DNA of 63,313 nucleotides, counting the filler, from Octopus bimaculoides (Eukaryota), in assembly GCF_001194135.2 (NCBI RefSeq). It is 5 parts of 4 records of this genome, joined end to end, with 100 filler letters (N's around TTAATTAATTAA, not from the genome) between each part and the next. Parts side by side here need not be neighbours in the genome. Positions count along the whole stretch, not along the records: positions 1 to 27,545 come from NC_068995.1; 4 more parts are not named here. One strand, written 5' to 3'. Position 1 is the first letter of the stretch. Every line of letters begins with the position of its first letter. This document shows positions 1-10,560 of this stretch, one piece after another. The notes below the pieces were generated by a model. That model saw only the letters and a program-made list of their open reading frames with translations, was not told the origin of the DNA and ran no database searches. A program made the translations under genes and the position numbers.

Positions 1-43
<43 letters not shown>

Positions 44-59
44 CTCTTCTGTAGATTAT

Positions 60-343
60 TTACGATAGTAACCGGCCAAAATATATTAAAATTATAATAA
101 ATGAAGAACTAATCCTCTGCTTGATCAGATCAGAACCATCAGAAGTTGTGGAACCAACTTTTACTTCAACAACGTATTGAAAGCCCATTGTGTGCGATAT
201 CGCATTCGCTTTTTCAAACTCAGTAACATTAACTCGTCCTCTTAATGCCATTTTACGGTTGAACACGATAGAATTGTGTGATTGTGGATACAGTAGGAAC
301 TGGTAGCGATGGCGTCCATAAAACGGAGAAGGGGGTTTGAAAG
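60..343 (-). CDS. Terminal coding exon of a PEBP (phosphatidylethanolamine-binding protein; RKIP/PEBP4/OV-16-like) gene
   Basis: The minus-strand frame reads FKPPSPFYGRHRYQFLLYPQSHNSIVFNRKMALRGRVNVTEFEKANAISHTMGFQYVVEVKVGSTTSDGSDLIKQRISSSFIIILIYFGRLLS*. The PxP...GxHRYxFLLYxQ and R..F/V..F motifs match the PEBP C-terminal half. The acceptor is strong (ttttttcctcttatttttcctttcaacag|ct, phase 1), and the stop TAA is at 62-60. Confidence 0.85.
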
Positions 344-476
344 CTGTTGAAAGGAAAAATAAGAGGAAAAAACATTAGTGGCAGAAATTAAATTTATATA
401 AACATATGCATGTATTATCATTGCTGCTACGAAAATGTAATAGTTACATCCTAGGGTCTGCAACTATAAAACATAC

Positions 477-520
477 CAACGGAACCCATAATTTCTTTGT
501 AGGTGGGCTGAAGGTCTATA
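477..520 (-). CDS. Probable 44-nt penultimate micro-exon of the PEBP-family gene
   Basis: Acceptor cattttag|t and donor gttg|gtatgt. The 133-nt GT-AG intron (344-476) joins it in frame to the terminal exon (xIDLQPTYKEIMGSV-A-FKPPSP). An in-frame stop about 20 nt upstream makes this the only usable acceptor. Confidence 0.5.
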
Positions 521-651
521 CTAAAATGTTTACAATGTCATAAACACAGCTGGAGTTAACATTTTCACCTGACACAGAAATGGAATTTGGTCGAAAGTAA
601 AGTTCATATTTGATTTCAAAACGTTGAAATTCAGTCTCCCAGACTCAGAAC

Positions 652-709
652 CTGTTCATCTGCAGTTTCTCTCTGTCAATGCTACAAAATTCTAGGCATT
701 GATGAAAAC
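652..709 (-). CDS. Possible further upstream small exon of the PEBP-family gene
   Basis: Acceptor cacctttgtttag|gt, weak donor aacag|gttctg. It is open (FHQCLEFCSIDREKLQMN) and phase-compatible with 477-520, but lacks the expected HW motif. Confidence 0.22.
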
Positions 710-1495
710 CTAAACAAAGGTGATATGGAAGAAGACAAAGTGACTCGAGAATATTAAGTCTTTCTTAGAAAAGGCGGATAACGGTATCCCGAAAGGACGT
801 CTGCAACATGAGTAATGATACCGACATTCGGGATAGTTGACTGGCCTGTAAAGAAAATCCTTTCCATAGACATTNNNNNNNNNNNNNNNNNNNNNNNNNN
901 NNNNNNNNNNNNNNNNNNNNNNNNNNNNNNNNNNNNNNNNNNNNNNNNNNNNNNNNNNNNNNNNNNNNNNNNNNNNNNNNNNNNNNNNNNNNNNNNNNNN
1001 NNNNNNNNNNNNNNNNNNNNNNNNNNNNNNNNNNNNNNNNNNNNNNNNNNNNNNNNNNNNNNNNNNNNNNNNNNNNNNNNNNNNNNNNNNNNNNNNNNNN
1101 NNNNNNNNNNNNNNNNNNNNNNNNNNNNNNNNNNNNNNNNNNNNNNNNNNNNNNNNNNNNNNNNNNNNNNNNNNNNNNNNNNNNNNNNNNNNNNNNNNNN
1201 NNNNNNNNNNNNNNNNNNNNNNNNNNNNNNNNNNNNNNNNNNNNNNNNNNNNNNNNNNNNNNNNNNNNNNNNNNNNNNNNNNNNNNNNNNNNNNNNNNNN
1301 NNNNNNNNNNNNNNNNNNNNNNNNNNNNNNNNNNNNNNNNNNNNNNNNNNNNNNNNNNNNNNNNNNNNNNNNNNNNNNNNNNNNNNNNNNNNNNNNNNNN
1401 NNNNNNNNNNNNNNNNNNNNNNNNNNNNNNNNNNNNNNNNNNNNNNNNNNNNNNNNNNNNNNNNNNNNNNNNNNNNNNNNNNNNNNNNNNNNNNN

Positions 1496-1560
1496 NCATT
1501 CAATTACCGTTCGGTTTTCCTCCTTATCCCACCTGCTCTGCTTCTGGCTTTGTGTGGCTA
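1496..1560 (-). mobile_element. R4/Dong-like non-LTR retrotransposon, N-terminal motif running into a gap
   Basis: Reads QSRWDKEENRTVIE, resembling the W/F..EEN..V(M)xCY N-terminal motif also seen at ~45220. It is truncated by Ns. Confidence 0.35.
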
Positions 1561-1774
1561 TTATCTTCATTATATTTTTATAACGTTTGAAAGTTAATAT
1601 TTCATTCATATCTTTGAAAACCTTTATTGCTTTTGTTCCAAATTTGTATAATGTTTGCATGTATAATATATTTTATTCAGTATAAATTTCCTTTGCATTC
1701 CTTCGATATTGTCAGTGTAATGGCAATTTTACTGAATTTTTTAGAGGTGTACATACTTCTGTGAGATACTGTGT

Positions 1775-2245
1775 GAATATATATAATGCACCATAATGTC
1801 TGAAAAAGTACCAGAGACCTGTGACTTCAAGAGTTTAATAACGTACTCATTGACAGACACTACCCAATTCAACATATAGATGATGGGATGAAACGTGCAA
1901 CCAAAGACATTAAAAGAATATCCTCAGATATGCTAAATTATTCTCAAGAAAAACGGACGCAATAGTAAAAAAAAAGTAAGGTCGACCTAACTGCGGAACA
2001 TGTCCCAATCTTTTGGAAGGATCAGAAATCCATTTTAAACAAGGGAAAAAAGCAAAATTGAATCCAATTTCACATGCGCCTCTGAAAACCTCATTTATGT
2101 AATCAGATGCTTATGCTGCTATAAAAACTATATAGGTCCCACAGAATACTCTCTTAGACATAGACGTGCAGTCCACAGACAACAGATTTCTTCCCCATAA
2201 AATCGTCAGATACATCTCAGGAAACACCTTGCAGATATGTAGAAC
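1775..2245 (+). mobile_element. Penelope-like retroelement 3' remnant (RT thumb + GIY-YIG endonuclease), degenerate
   Basis: Reads ...LIDRHYPIQHIDDGMKRA..., then PNCGTCPNLLEGSEIHFKQG / IESNFTCASENLIYVIRCLCCYKNYIGPTEYSLRHRRAVHRQQI (LIY at ~2090-2098, YIG at 2129-2137). Frameshifts and stops are present. Confidence 0.8.
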
Positions 2246-2430
2246 AACGTGGGAAGCAAGCTTCTTACCAGATAACTATAAAACCACTTCTGAGACTATA
2301 TATGTATGTATATAAAACAGTGGGTAAAAAATTGGATATTGATTATTATCAATTTAATCCTAGGGAACAAGCACATTAAAAGAATGAAGGAAATTCAGAA
2401 CAAATATCTGAGATTTCAAAGGGTTATTGT

Positions 2431-2656
2431 ATATGTATATATAAAGGAGACCACTAGGTGGACTGCTAATGTGTTAGAAGAAGATCACATGTAATGTGTC
2501 TACTAAAATGTAATTTTCACTTGTCTTGCCCATATATGCTTTTGTTACTTCGCTAAATTTCCTTTGAGAACAATTCGGTCTTAGTAGACGCATTACATGT
2601 GATCTTCTTCTAGCACATTAGCAGTCCACCTAGTGGTCTCCTTTATATATACATAT
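2431..2656. mobile_element. MITE / foldback element with 76-bp near-perfect inverted arms
   Basis: 2431-2506 and the reverse complement of 2581-2656 differ at only 2 of 76 positions. The spacer is 74 bp and the ends lie in TA-rich sequence. Confidence 0.8.
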
Positions 2657-3159
2657 GAATGTATGCATGTATGTATGTATGTATATAAATATATTACCAT
2701 TACCAACACGGTCATTACTACTACTACAACCAACAAAAAATGCTCCCACGTGGACTGTTGACACCAGTAAGGAACAATTATGAACTTTTCATTTAATTAC
2801 ATTTAAATATGTATTTTTGATAAGGTTCGTATTTTCAAGAACCGAAACATGNNNNNNNNNNCCTTCATTGAAATGGCTGTTGTTTTTCTGAGTTGTATCA
2901 TACAATGTTACCCATAATCATCCTCATCGTTTTTGTTGTTTTTATTTTCTTCATTGAAATGTGTTGTTGTTGCTGCTGCTGCTGCTGCTGTTTTTGTTCT
3001 TGTTATTGTTTTTTGTTCTTTTGGTTTGAACTACACATTTTTTAAATATATTGTTCTTGTTCCTGTCATTTAATGCCGGTAATGTCATTATCGCCGCCGT
3101 CGTCGTCCCGATATTGTTATTGCTGTTGTTATGGTTGTTGTTGTTATTCTTCTTCTTCT

Positions 3160-3348
3160 GCTGGCAGAATCGTTAGCGCGCTGGCGAAATGCTTAGCGGT
3201 GTTTCGTCCGTTTTACGCTCAAATGCCGTCGAGGTCGACTTTGCCTTTCATCTTCTCGGGGTCGAATAAGTGTAGTCGAGCAATGGCGTCGATGTAGTCG
3301 TCCTTAACCCCTCCCCCGAAATTGTTGGCCTTCTGCCAACATTTGCAA
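3160..3348 (+). mobile_element. tRNA-derived SINE (family A, MetaSINE-like central domain)
   Basis: ctggcagaatcgttagc...gaggtcgactttgcctttcatc...ggggtcgaataag. Homologous to 17875-18075 and followed by an (ACT)n tail. Confidence 0.75.
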
Positions 3349-3349
3349 T

Positions 3350-3402
<53 letters not shown>
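3349..3402. repeat. (ACT)n microsatellite
   Basis: Perfect trinucleotide run seen directly. Confidence 0.95.
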
Positions 3403-4189
3403 TTGGCGTTATTGTTGTTTCTGCCGTTGTTATTTGACATCGCCACCACTCTCATCATCGCTCTTAGAAGCTGTCTATAGAATTGTTTTGTTCATCTTGA
3501 CGACACACCATTTGTTTGCTTATATAGAATTATCTTAATGTTACTGGTATTGTTTACTTTTTGTGTTTTTGTCATTGCTTTTGCTGTTACTTTTAAATAT
3601 TTTGCTAATTTTTTAGTCGCTTCTTTTGTTACTGTTGTTCTACACTATGTTCATTTTGCGTTCAATTTCACCATGTTATCTCATTTCACACAACTTGTAC
3701 ACACATATATCTATCTCCTCTTCCCGCAACAGTCTGATCATCAGCTGTCCCTTTTTTCACGTTGACCACCCCCTCTCCACTTTACACGTAAATTCTCGCT
3801 CCCTTCGTCTTAATCTTGTTTATTCTTATGATGAGTTTTACTTCTACTTTCATTTTCCTTTTTTGTCATGGCTCCTTCCAGTTTATATTTTTGCTTTAGA
3901 CCGAGCTCACTTTTTCCCTCCCGCAATTTCTTTAATTTCTTTCATTGTTGATATAAATGTATGTGAGGTGTGTGTGTAGGTGTGTATGTGTGTGTGTGTG
4001 TGTGCGTGTGTGGCTGTGTGTGTCTGTGTTTGTGTGTGTCTGTGTGTCTCTGTGTACGTGTGCGCGTGGAGTAAGCGTGTGCTTGCACATAAATATTTCT
4101 ACATACATACACACATATATATATATATATATATATACGTATGGCAATTTCTATACACATGCACACAGAGATATATACATATGTATGTA

Positions 4190-4229
<40 letters not shown>

Positions 4230-5329
4230 CGTATACGTTTGTTTGCATGTTTGTATCTATGTTTGTGCGTGCGTGTGTGTGTATATGTATGTATATATNN
4301 NNNNNNNNNNNNNNNNNNNNNNNNNNNNNNNNNNNNATATATATATGGAGTAAGCTTCTCCCTACGTAAATATGTGTATACTTATATACGCACATAACCA
4401 TACACATATGCACAGGCCAGCACCTATGACCATCTGCGCAAGTAGGCACAGTCGCACACACGCACTGATACGCCCACCCACGCACAGATATGCACACGTG
4501 CTCGAGAAGACACTTAGTCGTAGACAATTGCATCTTCCCTGTCTATCATGTCACGCTGTGAGGCTGTTGCAACTTAGTACTACATCCACACGTGTGCACG
4601 TTACTCGGTTTCTAAGACATTAGTGCGTGGGCAAACATGTTTGTTTTCACATATAATGTTAAGCTAGCACGCTTACAAATACATTCTGTACATGGCTCTA
4701 TGATATAGATGTGGAATCACATGTATCTAATATCCTCGCTCTAGGTATTGTAACCCTCGATATGTCAATATCGATGCAGTAAGTGATGTATTAAGTGATG
4801 TATTACTAAATGTATTTTCGATATTGGTAACGAGACCAGCTGAAAATTCACAAAAATGTGTTTGATATAAGCAATACTGGAGTATATATATAGGTAGATA
4901 GGATGAGGAATGGATTGACGCAAGTGTAAAGAGAACGGGAATATAGCGTGTCGTTAAACAATTCTAAATGTAATAATTCCATGAGAATAACGATGCTAAT
5001 TCTATCGTATCAAGTTAAATGTCAGCTCTGGACTAGTGTACCTCGTCGCAATTAAGATGGTGTCCAATTCGGTAATTTCCTATTTTACTTTTCCGGTGTG
5101 AGCAGCAATTCTTTAGCTCGTTACGTTTATTGAGAAGGGGCTATCGTTAAGTAAAGTAATGATGAATTCCTCTGTAGTGCATATCGCACGATTGAACAGT
5201 TCAGTCTATTATTTAGTTTATTTATCAGTTGGATTATGGATATACAACTCAAGTGAAGTTGAGAATTTAAATCTAAAGTTGGAAGAAAGGTCTATAAATA
5301 AAAAGGGGATGCTTTGTGAGATTAAATGT

Positions 5330-6030
5330 AGCGGCTTTGACAAAATTACCAATATGGATGCTATACAACTCAATGCATAGTACCTCTCATTGTCTTCTAA
5401 CAATGCGGCCATGCATCCTTTTAACCAAAATTTTGCAGTAATCTAGAGTTAACTTCTGCATCCAAACCTGCATCGTCTATTCTTTAAATTCATCGTCATA
5501 AACTGTGATTTTCAAATCAGGAGACAAAATTAATGCCATTAGCTTTGAGCCAATGATTCAGAGATATTTTGCAGAATTTATCATTCTGTTAGGACACAGT
5601 GTAATTGGAGTACCTATGTAGATTTTAGTTAACATGATTATGAATTAACACATCATCCAAATCCACTTTTTCTTTTTGCAAAAGTGCATCCATATTATAA
5701 TGGATAGTCATTCCATCACTCTATCAAGTATATAAATACCGTGGATTGAACATTGAGATTAAGGGACTTCAAACCACAGACTTGGTTTCTGTTATTGTGT
5801 TTACAGCTGCAACATTGAAGTCATTCTGCAATAAACTTGTTATACACTGAGTGTTGGATATCATCAGAAAATGTATATCTGTTGATGAGTTCTGACAAGC
5901 GATTTGTATCCACCTCTCTGAAGAAATCTAAGCTAATCTATCTGCGCAGCAAGGGCGGATATGTTTTGCCAGAGTTAAGAATATTCTGGACATCAGCCCA
6001 TTGCAACAATTTGTGTCCTTTCCTCATATA
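5330..6030 (-). mobile_element. Highly degenerate Tc1-like transposase remnant
   Basis: Ordered, decayed motifs on the minus strand: YTFSDD (IFSDE), YGCTF (WGC), QNDKFC...HWLKANGI (QDNAPCH...WL), WMQKLTLDYCKILVKRMHGRI (Tc1 C-terminus). Many stops and frameshifts. Confidence 0.45.
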
Positions 6031-6640
6031 ATAATTACATAAATAAATGAAAATATGAAATATTTCATCATTTATTTTAATGTTACTTGAAAACAACTCA
6101 TGGATGATTAGTTTTTTTATCTTGATACCAAAATATATCTTGAAAAATTCTAAATTTCAAGTCTATATTCAGACTTTTGACCACAGCTGTGTCTGAGCTC
6201 AGGAATACACGCGCACGCGCGCACAGGCATACATACACACAATTACACACTTACTAATTTTGTCTTCTTGTCTCCTGTTTTCCGTATCTAATATTTTGCC
6301 AGAACAATTCGATTTCTTTGGATCCACAAATACTTCTTTATCTCTATCCCGGACTATTTCTCTCTTTCTCTTTTATTTTCACTTCTTTCTCCTCCCTCCC
6401 CCTCATCCCTCCCCTNNNNNNNNNNTCTCACTCTCATCACCTAACTATCTATTTTTCTCACCTCTCTTTCTATTCGAGTCCTGTTAACCCTTTTCCTATG
6501 TCTGACTCTCTCTCTCTCTTGTTATATCTATCGAATTTTCTTTTCACACAAATATCAATCTCTCTCTTTCTCTCTCTCTCTTTCTCTTTCTCCCTCTCTC
6601 ACTCACCCTCTCACTTTTTCCTCAAAAGTTATCCCTCATT

Positions 6641-6847
6641 CTCTCTTTTGTACATTCACTTTATCGCTCTCACTCAGTCTTTCCCTCTCGTCCTAATTTC
6701 TCTCACATTAACTTTATCCCTCTCTCTTTCTCACTATCNNNNNNNNNNTCTCTCTTTTGTACATTCACTCTATCGCTCTCACTCAGTCTTTCCCTCTCAT
6801 CCCAATTTCTCTCACATTAACTTTATCCCTCTCTCTTTCTCACTATC
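6641..6847. repeat. ~98-bp direct duplication flanking a 10-N gap within a CT-rich low-complexity tract
   Basis: 6641-6738 is repeated at ~6750-6847 with about 3 substitutions. Confidence 0.8.
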
Positions 6848-7395
6848 TCGCACATACTCTTCCCCCATCTCCCTCTCGCTCTCTCTCTTTCTGACACACT
6901 TTATCTCTTTCTTTTTCCCTCTTTTTCACTTTCTTATCTTTTTTTCCTATTTTCCGCTTTTTCTTCTTTTTTTAGTCTTTTGTCTTTATCTCTTCTGTCT
7001 CGTACACGAATATAAGCTCACATTATATTCTCCACTCCACTCACATTACCCACCCGTTTCTCCTTTTCTCTCTTTCTACCTACATATCTGACTTTTTACT
7101 CAGGTTATCTAATTTTCTGCTTCTAAGAAAAACCATTGAGAACTTAACTAAATAGACTAATTAGGATGACACTGCCGTCTGTTCATGTCAATTTGGATCA
7201 TAGCAAGCTGCAAGAATATTGAATAACAATAGCCAGAAAAACAGAAGCATGAATAACAACAAAAACAATAACAAAGACGATAGCAACGAGTACAGAATAA
7301 AAAAGATCAACAATAATACTCGTAGAAGGCAACAATAATAACTGTAGCCATATATACATTGCTTATATATCAGTGTGTGAATAAGACAGATGGAA

Positions 7396-7438
<43 letters not shown>

Positions 7439-7935
7439 TGCGTCTATCTATATGTCTATCTATCTAGCTAGCTTTCTATCGAGATGTTTAACTATCCAAC
7501 TATTTATATATGTGCGAGTGTTTGTGTGTATGTATTTATGTTTGTATGTACGTATTATGTATGTATGTAAGTGGGTGGTTATATGTGTATTTGCGCGTGC
7601 GTGTACGTGTGCATCGCTATGTATTACTTAACTAGTATAGTATAATTTCTTAGGTTATTTTCGTTCTTGATAAAGTATATTTCAGTGGTTATCTATAGCT
7701 TATTTCGTAAATGATAATACTTTAATGAGGTCGGAAATCTATTACAGGGACACTATGAAGCTATTAAATATATGCATATATATATACGTATACACACACA
7801 TCGATGCACATACATACATACATAAATACATACATACACACATACGTGTGTGTGGGTATGTGTGTCTGTGTATGCCGCCTAAGAGTCTGTAAGTCAGGAA
7901 AAAATGCAGTCCTATATTTGTCAGTAGAGCGGGTA

Positions 7936-8206
7936 TATTATTGGAAGTGTACAATATTATATATCCATTACGGCCGATCTTACCAACCAGTTTCGCACTA
8001 GAAGTTCGACGGAGTGTTAAGCAACAGTCCGAAATATAGTGACTGCTCTAGAGCAGTCACCATATTTAATTATGTAAAGGCTACCTCTAAAGAGCGCAAG
8101 GTTACATAATCGGACTGTTATTTAATACTTCGTTGAAAACCTAGTGCGGAACCGATTGGTAAGTTTGGCCAAAAGGGATATATAATATTGCACACTTCGA
8201 TTAATA
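7936..8206. mobile_element. 271-bp MITE with 97-bp imperfect inverted arms and TA ends
   Basis: 7936-8032 versus the reverse complement of 8110-8206 aligns without gaps at 78/97 identity. The interior holds a perfect 22-bp palindrome (8039-8060) and a second hairpin (8069-8077/8102-8110). Confidence 0.8.
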
Positions 8207-8429
8207 GATAGATAGATAGAGATATATAAATCTTAAGGTCGTGATAGGGTAAAATATCACAGTATTTCCAATGCAGCACTATTCCGAGCATGTGGTTACC
8301 TACACTCTTCATCTGAAGTCTCAGAGACGATCGAAATTCTCTTCACATCGAAAATCATGGTACAATGCCGGCAAATCCAACGTGTGTGTGTGTGCGTGTG
8401 TGCGTGCGTGTGTGTGCGTGTGCGTGCGT

Positions 8430-8766
8430 CCCAAGGAAACGTGCGGTCTTGCATTATTACGTTGGAAAACAACACCCCTCCTGATGTCCAATTCTGGACG
8501 TTTCTCTTGAATTGCTGCTTTTAACTTGTATTTCTCAGAATTAATTGTCTGGTTACTTGCGAGAAGCTCATAGTACAGAATTCCTTTCCAATTCCACCAG
8601 ACACAAAGGAAGACTTTTTAGGGTGAAAACCCGCTTTTGGGGTGGCTAAGGGTGGCTCATTTCGCTTACTCCTGGATCGCTTTCTGTAAACATTTCGGTA
8701 GTTAATCCATTCCTCATCACCTGTCACAATTTACTTTAAAAAAGGCGCGTTTTCATTCCGTTTATA
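8430..8766 (-). mobile_element. mariner (DD34D) transposase catalytic-domain fragment
   Basis: YKRNENAPFLK*IVTGDEEWINYRNVYRKRSRSKRNEPPLATPKAGFHPKK, then after frameshifts WWNWKGILYYEL...AAIQEKRPEL...VVFQRNNARPHVS. Confidence 0.85.
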
Positions 8767-9351
8767 AACCATCACCGAATAGCTGTCATGTTTCATTGTT
8801 GGCTGCAATCTTTTCACATCACAGTCTTGATCACTGAGTCTCCATACTCACGCTCGACCACTGTCAGGAAATACAGCAAATCTGGACTCATCAGAGAATA
8901 TGACAGTGTCCCAAAATGCTAGTGGCCTCTCCACCATCTCATTGGCTCAATCTTCTCTTCGTTTGATGTCGGCTAGTCGAAGAAGTATATTCCTTCTTGC
9001 TGCTCTGCCATAGTAACCAAATTTGTGGACATACCTGACAGCTGTTCTGGGACTGACATCAACTTTTTCTGCTAAGTCGGAGGCTCTGCAACAGGGATTA
9101 TCCTTCTCACTTCTTTTAGCAAAGAGAAGCATCCTGTCACAGGGCCCTGGTTGATCTGGGTGAGGTGACGTGGACACCTTCCCCACTCTAGTGAATTGCA
9201 CAATCACTCTATTAACTGTAGAAAACTGGATCCCAAGGTTTTCTGCGATTTTACGCATAGTATATCCACCTTCAGAATGACCCACAATACGGACAGTACT
9301 TGGTATTATTAAAGAGTCACATATAGACGCTGAAACATAAAACATTTTCAA
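8767..9351 (-). mobile_element. Tc1-family transposase, 5' two-thirds (HTH domains to first catalytic Asp)
   Basis: [25 protein letters not shown] (HTH)...[22 protein letters not shown]...*ANEMVERPLAFWDTVIFSDESRF...KHDSYSVMV. It is one frame with two nonsense codons. Confidence 0.88.
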
Positions 9352-9789
9352 TTAATAAAAAATATTAACCTTTACAAGTTAGAATGAACGTATCTATTTT
9401 TCTTCTGTCATGTGTGCGCGCACACACACACACACTCAACCTTGCAACCTTAATCCTAATTCTCGTCCCACAGGCTGAAGAATTTTACTAAACTAAACAT
9501 ATCTGAATATTTTTATCGATCTACATGTATACTTTACAAGGCATACGCAAGATAATCCACTTTCCGCTCACTAAGATGTTGAAATATCTCTAAATAATTG
9601 AAGTTATTTGAATATATTACCGAGCAATTTCTGCGATAAATACCTGATTTTCTGATGCGTTATTGTATGCTATAGGGACCACATATATGTATATCATACA
9701 TATGAATATATGCACATATGTGTGTACGTCCTTAAGCATATACATTTGTCTTGCTGCGCATGTGTATGTATGAATAAATAGATAAATAG

Positions 9790-9840
<51 letters not shown>

Positions 9841-9965
9841 NNNNNNNNNNACACACAGAGAGAGGTGTAGATATGAAATTATGTACATACATACATGCTT
9901 ATATACACACATACATACATACATACATACATACATACATACATACATACATACATACATACATA

Positions 9966-10560
9966 CAGGGTGTTCAGACTAAATTTGACTGTTTGCATTA
10001 GAAAAGAAAACACTATGTCCCATGCAAAAGTAAAAGAACCATTTTAAAAATCAATACTTAACTAGATTACGGCTGAGAATTAACAGTTCATTCAAAGTAG
10101 CCGACACACGCCTTCAAGACGGCTCCAGAACTTAGGCTATTCCCTTTGCCTTGTGCCCTATGAAGACCTTCGAATACCTCCTTGATCTTGGCACCGGTAT
10201 TGCAAGCAAAGTGATTGCTATCTTCCTCGACCGAGCCAGTCTCTTTCCGGGTGTATGGCAGGAAATTCGAATCCTGCTGCCACACATATGGCCTTCTAGC
10301 AGCTTCATATAGCCATCTGAATTGAGTCTAATGCTCCAGTCATCAGGACACAATCAGAACGCCTACTATATCTCTTCCTGCTGCCTACGGCCTCGTAGTC
10401 TCCGTTTAAGCTGCCCATGTCACGTCTTACAGCTTTTACAGCGTTCACAGAGCCCTGAGCTGTAGTCATGATGCTATTTTGATACCCAAAGAGAATCCTC
10501 ATGATACATGCAACTCTTTTCCAACATCCAGATGGTTTCTTATCCTCCATGTCAGCTAAC
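9966..10560 (-). mobile_element. maT/DD37D-type (Bmmar1-like) mariner remnant, internally deleted
   Basis: IRLNSDGYMKLLE / RPYVWQQDS / CNT..AKIKEVF...GYFE* motifs. The terminus TA|CAGGGTG at 9964-9972 is typical of this group. Confidence 0.65.

Noticed and set aside
8200-8312. VLHWKYCDI as a candidate PEBP HW exon (also MLHWFLTSL at 11259)
   Set aside because: No DPD motif upstream, no phase-compatible donor, and the surrounding residues do not fit.
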